Source: an uncultured virus (IMG/VR IMGVR_UViG_2811995017_000004)
Lineage: Duplodnaviria; Heunggongvirae; Uroviricota; Caudoviricetes
Length of the DNA: 64,000 nucleotides
Virus record (IMG/VR): IMGVR_UViG_2811995017_000004
Span: 1-64,000 of that record
Reading direction: 5' to 3' (one strand)
The notes under the pieces: generated by a model
Databases searched by the model: none
What the model saw: only the letters and a program-made list of their open reading frames with translations
Told to the model about the DNA's origin: nothing
Translations under genes and position numbers: made by a program
Part shown: positions 20,869-31,436 of the stretch, one piece after another
How positions within the stretch are numbered: the stretch's first letter is position 1
How the letters are laid out: each line of letters begins with the position of its first letter

Positions 20869-21090
20869 TTAATTAGTTTTATGGGGATAATTAAGCCCTA
20901 TATGATTTAATGTTTTCTTAATACTCATCCCCTTACATTCGTTACTAATCCTTGAGAATAATTCATTACCACATTTTTTACAGCAGTTAATTTCAATTCT
21001 GTCTTCTGCTGTTCTAACTTTTTCTTCGGATATCCTTACACATAACGGTTGTGCGGTGTATCCTTTGCAGATATCACATATGTAGTTCAT
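20869..21090 (-). CDS. Zn-finger hypothetical protein
   Basis: CDIC...CKKC. Confidence 0.7.
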   Translation of the reverse strand: MNYICDICKGYTAQPLCVRISEEKVRTAEDRIEINCCKKCGNELFSRISNECKGMSIKKTLNHIGLNYPHKTN

Positions 21091-21116
21091 TATTCAACCT
21101 CTAAAATTATGTTTTA

Positions 21117-21145
21117 ATTATATCTTTTTAATTTGTTTAAGTAAA
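21117..21145 (-). promoter_or_regulatory. sigmaA promoter with the conserved spacer element
   Basis: TTTACT-taaacaaattaaaaaga-TATAAT. Confidence 0.75.
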
Positions 21146-21152
21146 TAAGAAT

Positions 21153-21341
21153 TCACCAAATTTCATTTTTTATTTCTTTGATTTTCATAAGAGAAAAAAT
21201 CAAATCATTGTCTACACGTTTCCAGGCTTCATCAGAAATTGTGTCTTCTAAATATGTATGTAACTTATCAAGCCGATCTTCAATAAAATCCAGGTCATTA
21301 ATTATGAATCTATAAGGATGACTAATGTTCCTTTCCTCCAA
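21153..21341 (-). CDS. Hypothetical protein
   Basis: ORF track. Confidence 0.55.
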   Translation of the reverse strand: MEERNISHPYRFIINDLDFIEDRLDKLHTYLEDTISDEAWKRVDNDLIFSLMKIKEIKNEIW

Positions 21342-21553
21342 TCAGTATGTATGGATAATCCAACTATTCACCAGCTTGTGGTCATATGTGCGCTCTTGAA
21401 TCTCACAATTGAATGCTCTTCTTCTGTTTATGTATGCAATAGCTTTCTTTTTAGTCGGGAATTTAAGGTTGACCCTTGTCCCGTTCCATAAGACTCTAAA
21501 ATAATTCTCCCCCAAATTCACTTACCTTTCTCTGTTTAAATTTGATATTTTAT

Positions 21554-22315
21554 TTAGATTTTTATGTAACTGCTCAGGCGTTTATTTGCAATTTCACAAT
21601 ACTCTTTACTAATCTCAGTGCCTATGTATTTGCGATTATTTAAAGCAGCCATCTTGGCCGTTGTTCCACTACCCATAAAAGGGTCAAAAACAATGTCTCC
21701 TTCCTTAGACCACGATAAGATATGGTCTTCGGCTAACTTCTCTGGAAATATTGCCGGATGTTGAAAAGCTATTTTGTCACTAGTGCTCTTATGCATACCA
21801 ACTAAATAACTCCAAATATTCCCCTTAGTCTTTTCATCCTTAGTAACTAAGCATACTGATTTTCTTCTTACCGCGGGATTGCATTCCTCAATAGAAGCTA
21901 CTCCACCTCTTTTAGAATAATCATATTTCATTCCCGCGGTTCGACAAGGTTCTTTTCTTGGATTAAACACGTTTGGTTTTCCTTTAGAAAAAACGAACGT
22001 ATATTCAAACTCTTGTTCATACCTGTTATGGTTTTGAGGCAGCGGATTTTCTTTTCGATAAATCATTGTATCGTGCAGATTAAAGCCAATTTCCTTAAAG
22101 AATAGAGCCTGTTTAAAACTTGTCCCTGACTCAGACCCTTTGTGTGTTTTGTCTCCAACAACCCAAACGACCACTCCTCCCTTTTTTGTGATTCTGTACA
22201 ACTCTTCAGCAGTTTTTTCGAAATTAAATGAATAGCCATTGTAATTTCTTAAATCATCATAAGGAGGAGAAGTAACTGTTAGATCAATGGAGCAACTATC
22301 TATGTACTCTTTCAT
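21554..22315 (-). CDS. Orphan beta-class DNA amino-methyltransferase (N4-C/N6-A)
   Basis: TSPPY motif IV precedes HPAIFP and DPFMGSGTT motif I. Confidence 0.92.
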   Translation of the reverse strand: MKEYIDSCSIDLTVTSPPYDDLRNYNGYSFNFEKTAEELYRITKKGGVVVWVVGDKTHKGSESGTSFKQALFFKEIGFNLHDTMIYRKENPLPQNHNRYEQEFEYTFVFSKGKPNVFNPRKEPCRTAGMKYDYSKRGGVASIEECNPAVRRKSVCLVTKDEKTKGNIWSYLVGMHKSTSDKIAFQHPAIFPEKLAEDHILSWSKEGDIVFDPFMGSGTTAKMAALNNRKYIGTEISKEYCEIANKRLSSYIKI

Positions 22316-22403
22316 AAACTTAATACAATCGTAGTTATGTATCTTGTTTAGAATCTTGTAATCTATTTCTCTTCACGTCCTTTTTCTCTTTAAAAGAGAT
22401 ATT

Positions 22404-22616
22404 TTATACAATTGTTTTCTCAAAGGTAAGGCTGTCTCTTCTAATTTCCCGAAGTTTGGCCTTTAGTTCACTTGTCTCTCTATCAATCTCCAAATAGCCA
22501 TTTACTTCTTTCATCACCTTAACTTCTTTTTTAGATTCGAGAATTTCAATGACTCTTTTCATTTCTAAAATTAGAAGCTGCTTTTTCTCTTCTTGACTCA
22601 TCATAGTCCTCCTCAA
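22404..22616 (-). CDS. Hypothetical protein
   Basis: GAGGAGG RBS; coupled to the kinase gene. Confidence 0.7.
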   Translation of the reverse strand: MRRTMMSQEEKKQLLILEMKRVIEILESKKEVKVMKEVNGYLEIDRETSELKAKLREIRRDSLTFEKTIV

Positions 22617-23197
22617 TCGTTTTGAATTTGTCTAAATACGAAATCAACAACCTCGTCTTGATTCATGTGAGCAGTATCAATTTCAATCAACTTCACACTT
22701 CCCTCGCAATCCCAATCAATATGTCTTTTTAATTCATCTATGAATTTATAATAAGAATCCTGCTGTTTTAATGATTCTTCCACACTTTCCTCCACTTGAG
22801 CAAACAGAATCTTATCTCTTTTCAATCTTTCTTTAAGCACATCCTTATCGGATACCGTAAAAAAGAAAATGTAGATTTCGTCATCGAGTGTAGGTAGCAA
22901 TTTACACAGGCTCTTAAATTTTTGATGAAAATCATATTCTTTATATAGGGATGAGAACACCATTTCTGTTGGGAAGAAACGATCTAATATCGTTGTATAG
23001 CCACTCATCTTTGACTTCCATTTGTGAAAGAGCTCAAACATGCCATCATAATAATTAGATATTTTCTTAAGCCCAACTTCACCATCTTCGTGGAAACCTG
23101 TCGGATTAATCAATGTACTATGCTTCAGCCGCTGCCTAAGTTTATAAGCTACTGAAGATTTTCCAGTCCCTCTTGCTCCCTCTAAAATTATCAGCAT
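22613..23197 (-). CDS. yorR: Nucleoside monophosphate kinase-like P-loop protein
   Basis: IILEGARGTGKS, LDRF motifs; synteny. Confidence 0.8.
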   Translation of the reverse strand: MLIILEGARGTGKSSVAYKLRQRLKHSTLINPTGFHEDGEVGLKKISNYYDGMFELFHKWKSKMSGYTTILDRFFPTEMVFSSLYKEYDFHQKFKSLCKLLPTLDDEIYIFFFTVSDKDVLKERLKRDKILFAQVEESVEESLKQQDSYYKFIDELKRHIDWDCEGSVKLIEIDTAHMNQDEVVDFVFRQIQND

Positions 23198-23352
23198 TAA
23201 TCCACCTCCTTTCGAATTTTATGGAATCCCAATACCTCATAAGATCCATCTTCATATTGAACTTCTACTTGATGATATCGTTCGTCCACTGTTTTTACAG
23301 TAGCTCTTTCGCCGGAATGGTTAACAATGACTTTCTCATCAACTTTGCACAC
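23197..23352 (-). CDS. 51-aa SH3-like hypothetical protein (YorQ position)
   Basis: MCKVDEKVIVNHSGERATVKTVDERYHQVEVQYEDGSYEVLGFHKIRKEVD; stop overlaps the yorR start. Confidence 0.6.
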   Translation of the reverse strand: MCKVDEKVIVNHSGERATVKTVDERYHQVEVQYEDGSYEVLGFHKIRKEVD

Positions 23353-23511
23353 TAAACACACATCCTTTTAATTAGTACAAAATAATTTCATCAAAGTCAT
23401 ATTCCTCATACCCAATTCCATCAAAATCAATTCCAGCTATTTTGTTTTCATGATCTATGTATGAAATAACCCCAGTTCCCATTTCATCTACGTATGCCTT
23501 TTGGTTAAGCT

Positions 23512-23730
23512 TCAATATGTATCACTCGCTTTATGTATTAAATTCAGTTCCGACTCTTTGTATCTTCCAACCTCTCCATTAGTGAAATGAAGAACATCGT
23601 AATCATATTGCCAACTGTTTATTCGATCAATAATAATACCTTTAAGCCCAACATACGATGGCATTCCATATTTGGCGTTACTGTTGACCTCAACTTCATC
23701 ATTAATGTCGTAAGACCAGTACTTCGGCAA
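23512..23730 (-). CDS. yorP: YorP family protein
   Basis: MPKYWSY...VEVNSNAKYG; synteny. Confidence 0.75.
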   Translation of the reverse strand: MPKYWSYDINDEVEVNSNAKYGMPSYVGLKGIIIDRINSWQYDYDVLHFTNGEVGRYKESELNLIHKASDTY

Positions 23731-23734
23731 TAAA

Positions 23735-24447
23735 TCATCTCCCTTTTTTAAGAACTGTTACTTTAACATTTTTCCGGCCAAAATCTTTTGCAATTGATTC
23801 AGATCCAACAAGAACATCAATCCTATTTCCTTTAATATCTCCTCCTGTGTCTATTGCGTAGGCTTCAAATGAATTGCTGCCGTATGAAACTCTGACTAAT
23901 GAATTTAAAGGGATTAGAGAGGGATCAACAGCAATGACCCTCTTCCCCCTGTAGTAAATCGTATTTGACACGTCGTAGCCTGTTTTCGTTGTACCTATGC
24001 AGCCAGTATCGCAAAATGAAATGTAGGCTGTGGCAACCATACTAAAGACTTGAGCTTGTTCTTCAGGCTTCTTTTTTGTTTTCTGCTCATATCTCTTCTC
24101 CTCACTCTCGTAACTCACTTTTAATTTGTTTTTATGTTTTTTCTTTTTATTTCTTCTACTTTTATATGTAAATACTTATCTTGCGCTTCATTAATGATCT
24201 CTTGACTTGTCTTTAAATGCGGCAGCACCTCACTTTCAAATTCGAAATCCCAAATGTTGAGTTTTTTATAAAATGGCTCTTTTATTGGGTCTTTGTTTGG
24301 CTGCATTAATTGATCATTCATTGATTTGTATGTTAATGTTGATCCCACCCCCAGTAAGAAGATAACTGAATATATCTTTATTTCTTTATAGATATTATAT
24401 ACTTTTAATTTGTTTAAGTCTATCAGTTTTTTGAAAATTTCCATCAC
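23735..24447 (-). pseudogene. yorM: Membrane-anchored 3D-domain cell-wall protein split by a frameshift at ~24130-24150
   Basis: The N-terminal TM ORF (24121-24447) and the 3D domain (ATAY, IAVDP, DTGGDIKGNRID; 23735-24118) are in different frames across an A-run. Confidence 0.75.
24394..24422 (-). promoter_or_regulatory. sigmaA promoter with the conserved spacer element, inside the yorM 5' ORF
   Basis: TAGACT-taaacaaattaaaagta-TATAAT. Confidence 0.65.
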
Positions 24448-24453
24448 ATCCGT

Positions 24454-27400
24454 TTATATTTGCTTTCTTCCTGTGGTTAAAATTAAGTTACCTTCTTCGT
24501 CTACATCTTCAATCTTACATACAGTATGCTGATAGACACTGTTTTTATATATCTTAGGAATAAAGTTGTTCCCTCGTCTAAAACCAGTAAACATAAGCAA
24601 TGTTCCTCTTGTATACCAGGACTTCTCAATAACTTCTTTCTTTCCGTTCACGTTATGTGAAATTTGTTTATTATAATGACTGAAGCTCCCCGCCCATTGT
24701 TTTACGGTAACAACTCCTGTAGGAGTTAAGAGAGTAACTGTGTGCTTGGTTTTGTCTCTGTCTAGAGCAGTGCCTATGATTCTTGAAGTCTCATACTCAT
24801 ATAATTCTTTTCCTCTCCATTTATATGGACTGCCTTTAACTGGTTCTTCTGGCAACTGATAAAAGTCAACAATGTTATACTTTGAAAAATTCACATTTCT
24901 TAATTCATGATCATGGTAGTAGTAACTTAGTGAATCCATTTCCCATTTGCCATAAGATCCACTTGCATACTTTTCCCATTCTTGCATAAAAAGACATTCA
25001 TTTAGCTTTATTAATGGCTCTTGGGTTCCAATCCAGTTTTTTAACTTCAGCATTTTTTTGTCGTATTCCTTTTTAAATGCCTTTTCGGATATCACAAGAT
25101 GACCGTTATGTACATCAACAATGCTGCTCTCATCAAAGTGTTCATTATAAAAAGCAGACGCTATATCATCAAGTAGCAGTAATTTATCTTTTGGAGAATC
25201 GATCTTTTTAAACACTCTCTTGCTAATATAGTCTTTAAAGCGAAAAAATCGTATTTCTAATGCAAAATCCTCTGAAACTAAATTGTTTTCAATAAGCATC
25301 TTCAAATTAGACATGGTTAGCTTACTTTTAGGTTCAGAAATTAAAGAAATAAACGATTTCATTAAATCTTTTCTCTCCCCAAATGAATCAAAGCAGCCCC
25401 CTTTGATCAGTTGAATAACCTGTCCTTTCTTTATGATGCCACTGTGGTACATCCTTTCTAGAAAATCTTCAAAATCAGCATAAGGCCTATTGCTGATGAT
25501 TTGATGAACAACCTCGTCACCGATCCCGTTCATCCCCTTCATCCCAAAAATAATTGAATTATTTTCAATATCAGCCTTGAAACCAAATCCCGCTTTGTTA
25601 ATATCAGGCAAATCAACTCTAATACCACGGCGCCGTATATTCCCTATTGCAGAAGCTACTTTACCGTAATCTGTTTTTTGTGTTTTCTTCTTTTTGTCTG
25701 GGTCATCAAATTCTTCTTCAGTTTCAACACCTCCGCTGTTTACAGTCAAGCAAGCCGTATTCCAGTATAAAGGGTTATACCGATAGTTTAAGTTCAATTC
25801 TTGTAACGCAATAATCGAATACGCCAAAGTATGAAGTAAACTGAAACTGTAGCCAAACTGTCTTTTAAATTGAACATTCCATACATAATTCAAAAGGTTG
25901 TCTGACGCTCCAATTTCCTTCCCCTTTTTGAAGAATAATTTTTGAACCTCTTTTAACACATCCTCTTTTTTCTTTGCTATGGATTTTCTTAGATAATTTG
26001 ACTCTTTAATATCGAACCCAGCTATTTCATTATCCATTACCATTTGCATGACAACTTCTTGAGTGTCAGCAACCCCATAGATGTCTTTCAAATGTCTCTC
26101 AATTACCTTTATTTCATCATCACTTAGGCCATATTTCCGCATTTCTTCATACCATAGTGATAAATTATTTTTATATTTCACATATGTGTCTACAGGTTGC
26201 TCTTCCCCATCGGACATGAGTCTCATTAGAGAATTTGTAACTGCTGCCTCAAGCAAATTTTTAGGTTTAACTTTAATTACAGCTTGGTGGCCGACCTCGG
26301 TCGAAAATTGGAACAAGTCCATTACCCCTCCATTTCCGGCCATCTCCCACAACTTTGCATTTTCATACTCAAGTACATCAGGATGAATGTATTTATTGTA
26401 TGTTTCTTTTAAAGAGCCCTGCCATTGAATTTCTTCATTTTCGATCAATTGATCCAGTGTTACCCGAATCTTATCTAATGCTTCAATTGTAAGAAGATCA
26501 AATTTTACCGACCCCATTACTTCACTGTCGCCCATATTGAATTGTGTGATATAAGCCCCTTTAGGAGTTTTCATCATTGCATTAGACTTGGTGTACTCAT
26601 TATTAAAAATGATAACCCCAGCAGCATGTGATGAGCGCTTATTAGTTAGTCCTTCGATTTTCAAAGCAGTTTCTTTGAGGTTAGGATAGCGTTCAACTTC
26701 CCTAATGAATTCCTTAATTGGCTTCCTGCCTGTTTCTACATCTCCATAAAAGCAGTGCTTTAAAGGCCAGTTTGATCCTCTTTCGAAAGGAATCATTTCA
26801 CTTAAAAACTGAGAAATATCGTTATCAATCCCTAATCCCCTACATGCTGTCTGAAGAGCAGACTTAGAACCTTCAGTCCCAAATGTAGCGATCTGCAGTA
26901 CACGTTTTTCACCAAATCTGTCTCTAAGCGCTTTAAGTATTTTTTCCCTTTTTGATCCTTCAGTGTCTATATCAATATCCGGCAACTTCCCTACCCTCTC
27001 TTTCGAGATATTTCTCATAGTGTCTTGGCACTAATCGGGAATAGACCATATCTTCACCCTCAGCACAATCTGTTAGGGCTGCCCCGCTTCGCAGAATTAT
27101 ATTCCACTACGTTCCTTTGAACTGGTCGTTGAACCTTTACCATTTTACAGGCACTTGGCTGCTGATTGCCCAATCATTATTCTTTTCAAACTTTCACGTT
27201 CACCGTTTCCAGTCACGTTGTAGTGAATAATGCTCTAAGGGGTTCCCAGCAATTCGAGGCTCTTTAAGCATACTGTTTCCAATATGCACGACTATCGTGT
27301 ATCTTAATTTACCTTATTTAAAACTTTTCTTATGTAGTCTCTAGAAAAACCAATGATTCTATGAATTTCTGATTTATTAGTTATTCCATCATGAAAAAGG

Positions 27401-29696
27401 CCAAGAACTTGTTTTTCTTTATCTTTACTAAGAGCTGTTCTATATTTTTTCACATACCTTGTTATATTGGCTTCTCCGCAGTCAAAATGTTTTGCAATAT
27501 CTTTTCCCGTGTATCCTTTTCTAAGCATCTCTACCATGTGTAAAGACTTGATCTTAAACTCTAATTTATTTATCTCATCAATACATTGATTAATTTCATT
27601 AAGCAATATTAAATCCTGATATTGTTTAAACTTTCTATCTAAATAAATTGTTGCATTATTGTAGAGCTTGTTTGCAACATCTAATGATTGCTTATTCCCT
27701 TTAATTCTAATTTGTGCAAAAGACTCCACATCTTTTTTGTTTATTAACCGCAAATTTTGCTTATTTAATTGACTTAAAATAAATTCGCATACCTGTGGCG
27801 TTCCACAAAAGTTTACTGCATAAGTAAGGTATTTATCATGAGTGGTAAATCCTCCATCTCCATCAAAATAACCCCGAATATAGTGAAACATTAAATTAGG
27901 TGGTATTAACTGTTCTGTAGGTGGAATAAGAGTTTTTGACTTTCTTTCAGTCACACCTAATTTCAGTAAATCTTGAAATATTTTTCTGCTGACAATTGAT
28001 ACTCTGCAGCTATTAGTGTTTTGTATTATTGGATAATTCGAGTCTAAGCATTTATTGAATTTAACTAAGTGATTAACATCTTTGATATTTAGACTTATTT
28101 CTAAAATTCTTGATCCAGAATTTTTTTTAATATACACACAACCATCAGCACTTATAAACCCCAACCAATATGCCTTTTCCTCAGTATCAATTGTCTCAAA
28201 AAAGGAATCATTAACCCTATACTTTCTCTTGTTCATAACATCACCTCCTCTTTGTTTATTTCGGTTTTTCTTCAAAATAAGGTAAGTTAAGATTGACAAT
28301 CTGGCCTTGATTTATGAATATGCCTCCAATGTGGTAAATCATATTGCATTGGATTAATTTGTGTATTGTCAAGCAAGTAATTGATTAAGAATCCCGCCGC
28401 GCTTCCTCTTGCAGCACCAACTAAACTGTCTCCACCGCATTCATCATCCCAAATGATATTAATGATTTCCCTTACAGTTATGTAATAAGAGGCCATAGAT
28501 TGGTTTAGCTTTTGGCTGATCTCCCAAAGCTCACCCAATTCAACATTAATCCTGAATAAAATTTTATGGAATCCATCTCTGGTTAGGTCGTCTTTTAATA
28601 ATTTGGCTTCAAACCCGTCTTCAATAAGCTTTAGTAAGTATCTGTCTTGCTCCTCCTCCGACTCTGACATCTTTTTAATGTATTCATACTTCTCATAGGC
28701 TGGTTTAAACAAATGCCTAAGTTCAAAGTTAGGCAGTTCCATTTTAGGAATAATGGGCTCGTGCTCAATCGTATAATCTTCTATCATCTCGCCAATTAAA
28801 AGAGTGTTTTGAATTGCTTCTTCAACAATCTCTTTATCAATATAATTCATTCTTTCATGGATCTCATCTATATTCTGCACAAAACAAGCTTCATAAAATG
28901 AGTCGACTTCTCTTTCCCCATCTTTGGCATTTAAGAATGCTTGGTGTATGGCTCTGTCTTCTGGTCTTAAATAGTGAGCATCAGTGGTTACAATTCTTTT
29001 TAAACCATAACCATCTGCTATCTGAATCAACTTTTTATTACAATAAATTTGTTCCTCGCTCAAAGCTGGTTGTAGCTCTATAAAAAATTTGTCTTTCCCA
29101 AACACATCAATACACCATGTGATGAACTGATGTATTTTTAATTTATATTCTTTGATTAGATCAGGATCTCCATCGCCCTTTTCGATTTCCATGATCTTCT
29201 GTAAGTAGATATTTACTTCTGAACCTAGACAGGCCGTGGTTGCAATTATGTGTCCAGGATCTTTCTTAAGAAGTTCTTCGACATCCCGTTTTACAGTTGG
29301 CACCCTTTCCATTGTTCCAGTATAAAACGAGTTTTCCCATGCTTTAGAAGATAAAATTCGTAATTGCTCATGACCTTTAGGATCAACGGCCAACATTAAA
29401 AAGTGAGGAAATTTTGTTTTACCTGGCTGGTAGTTGTCTCTTACTTCTTCTAAGGAATCAACCAGATATGCTTCATTACCAAGGATAAGTTTAAAATCTT
29501 GAGGCATTTTCCCCTCTTTTTTCATGCTTCTAACAGTTTGTATTGCTTCTAGATGTGCTGACAGAACTTCATGGTCTGTAATAGCGAGTCCTTTATAATT
29601 CATTTCCAAAGCAGTTTCAAGTAAGCCCTTAACTGAATTTGTGGAATCCAGCAGCCTGATGTTACTTTTACATGTATGACAATGACATCCAATCAC
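24454..29696 (-). CDS. dnaE: DNA polymerase III alpha (YorL-like); exon 1 29696-28299, exon 2 26985-24454
   Basis: PHP domain (HCHT, AITDH, TTDAHY), ARGSAAG, spliced HKSRPD|LPDIDID, HAAGVI, KFDLL, YSFSLLH. Confidence 0.93.
26986..28298 (-). ncRNA. Group I intron (1313 nt) in dnaE
   Basis: 5' exon ends GAU and the intron ends G. Core at ~27030-27260: AATTGCTGGGAA, AATCAGCAG, GTTCAACGACCA, AAGATATGGTC. Confidence 0.9.
27304..28236 (-). CDS. Intron-encoded LAGLIDADG homing endonuclease with C-terminal HTH-like segments
   Basis: AYWLGFISADG and YIRGYFDGDG; GGAGGTG RBS. Confidence 0.9.
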   Translation of the reverse strand: MNKRKYRVNDSFFETIDTEEKAYWLGFISADGCVYIKKNSGSRILEISLNIKDVNHLVKFNKCLDSNYPIIQNTNSCRVSIVSRKIFQDLLKLGVTERKSKTLIPPTEQLIPPNLMFHYIRGYFDGDGGFTTHDKYLTYAVNFCGTPQVCEFILSQLNKQNLRLINKKDVESFAQIRIKGNKQSLDVANKLYNNATIYLDRKFKQYQDLILLNEINQCIDEINKLEFKIKSLHMVEMLRKGYTGKDIAKHFDCGEANITRYVKKYRTALSKDKEKQVLGLFHDGITNKSEIHRIIGFSRDYIRKVLNKVN

Positions 29697-29711
29697 AGCA
29701 ATCCCCCCTAT

Positions 29712-31433
29712 CTAAAAAACAAGTGCTTTTTTCTTTGTTTTTACCACCTCCATCTCTTCGATTTCAATCTGAGGTGTTTCTTTACCCTTGTATTCATTTA
29801 CTTTGGCTTTTCCGATTACAGTAAGAACCAATCGATCTCCTCTATTAACGAGAGATTCATAGAATTCTTCATCGCTTTTAAATCTTATGTACTCAATACC
29901 GCCAACCTTGAACTTGACAGTGTTTTTTGTTTTTTTGCCAATATGACAAATATCCTCTTTATTTATTTCAATATCGGTAATGGCAAGTAGCGGTTCTTCG
30001 ACTTTATATCCCCAATAGTCTTGGTAACTATTAATTAGCTTTATAAATCGTTTAGTGAGATTGCTCGCAGCGATCTCAAAGTCAACTTCATATTCATTTT
30101 GATTAATCACAATATCTTTTAATTTATGATTTAGAATATCATTGACCTGGATTAAATTCTCTGGTGCAATGCTGAATCCAAATGCCTCAGCATGTCCCTC
30201 TACAAACTCGAATTTACCTGTTTCCTCTAAAAGCCGTTTGAAATTTTTTACTGCCCCTTTGTCGTATCCCCTTCCTGATCCCCCTAGAGTTCCATCTTCA
30301 AGTTCCCTAGCCAATAAAACTGGTCTCTTGTATTCACTTGCTAATTGGTTCGCAACAAGCCCAGCCAAGTTCTTGTCTAAGATACCTTCAATATAAACTA
30401 TCAAGACCTTATTTTTTAAAAGTCCTTTTTCTTCAATCCGCTTCTCGATTTCCAATACCGCACTGTCAACTAATTTTTTTTGGCGTTGCTTAATATTCCC
30501 CAGTATTCTTGCTGTATCCCAATGAATCGATACCAGTTCGCCCTCATCTTTTCCTCGCTTTTTGTAGTATACTTCTTCATTAGATTCAAGCAGCGATCTC
30601 ATCATCTGATGCTTCTCTTCTTGGGAACCTATTCGAATAGCTGCATTAATTAATGGATTGATATAGAACTGTGTGCTCTGTATGTTCTTTTTCCCTTTGG
30701 TTGAGTATTCTTGTTTTATGAAGAGCTCTCTAATCAAAGGATTCCTTACCTTTTTGAGCCCTTGATTCATATAGTATCGTGTCTCTGGCTCCCTTGAGTC
30801 TGCCGAATCCGCAATGTTCCCGACAGACACAAGATCTATAAATCGTTTTGCTTCATTTTTCCCAAGTTTATCATCTAAGGCTTGGCACAGCTTATAAGCC
30901 ATTCCCGCTCCAGTTAAAGCTTTATTTTTATACTTTGGCGAAAGCTGATTATTTACCACGATAGCATTTTCGGACTCCTTATCACATTCATGGTGATCAA
31001 TTACTATAACATCAATCCCTTTTTGTCTAAGGACATAATGCTCTTCATATTGATTAGAGCCTGCATCGGGTATTAATACAAGATCAACGCCTTCAGGAAT
31101 AGTTTCTAAAATTATCCCGTGCTGTTTCCCTTCATGTATTCTCCATTCAACATTAGCTTCGGGGAAGAGTCTCTTTATGTAGTTAATAATAATAGAGCTT
31201 GAAGTAACTCCATCAACATCGCTATCCACCTGAATAAAAATTCTAGCCTGGTTTCTGAGGTGCTTTATTAGGCATTCTGCTGCTTCATCAATATTTTCTA
31301 AGTCAGAATAATGATTGACTACGTCCTCTGATAAATTTAAAAAGCTTTCAACGTCTTCAATCCCTCTGTTCTTTAGTATGGTTTTTAGAGGAGAAAAACA
31401 AAAATCATTATTACCAATTAAATTATATTTCAA
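29712..31433 (-). CDS. recJ: RecJ-like ssDNA exonuclease (YorK)
   Basis: DSDVDG, IDHH, GSGRG, GHAEAFG motifs. Confidence 0.92.
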   Translation of the reverse strand: MKYNLIGNNDFCFSPLKTILKNRGIEDVESFLNLSEDVVNHYSDLENIDEAAECLIKHLRNQARIFIQVDSDVDGVTSSSIIINYIKRLFPEANVEWRIHEGKQHGIILETIPEGVDLVLIPDAGSNQYEEHYVLRQKGIDVIVIDHHECDKESENAIVVNNQLSPKYKNKALTGAGMAYKLCQALDDKLGKNEAKRFIDLVSVGNIADSADSREPETRYYMNQGLKKVRNPLIRELFIKQEYSTKGKKNIQSTQFYINPLINAAIRIGSQEEKHQMMRSLLESNEEVYYKKRGKDEGELVSIHWDTARILGNIKQRQKKLVDSAVLEIEKRIEEKGLLKNKVLIVYIEGILDKNLAGLVANQLASEYKRPVLLARELEDGTLGGSGRGYDKGAVKNFKRLLEETGKFEFVEGHAEAFGFSIAPENLIQVNDILNHKLKDIVINQNEYEVDFEIAASNLTKRFIKLINSYQDYWGYKVEEPLLAITDIEINKEDICHIGKKTKNTVKFKVGGIEYIRFKSDEEFYESLVNRGDRLVLTVIGKAKVNEYKGKETPQIEIEEMEVVKTKKKALVF

Positions 31434-31436
31434 AAA

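Noticed and set aside
21554..22315. Restriction-modification system
   Set aside because: No adjacent endonuclease gene.
26986..27018. ATG start of the 854-aa dnaE ORF (MRNISKERVGK)
   Set aside because: These codons are the intron 3' end; the ORF is exon 2, not a separate gene or a split intein.
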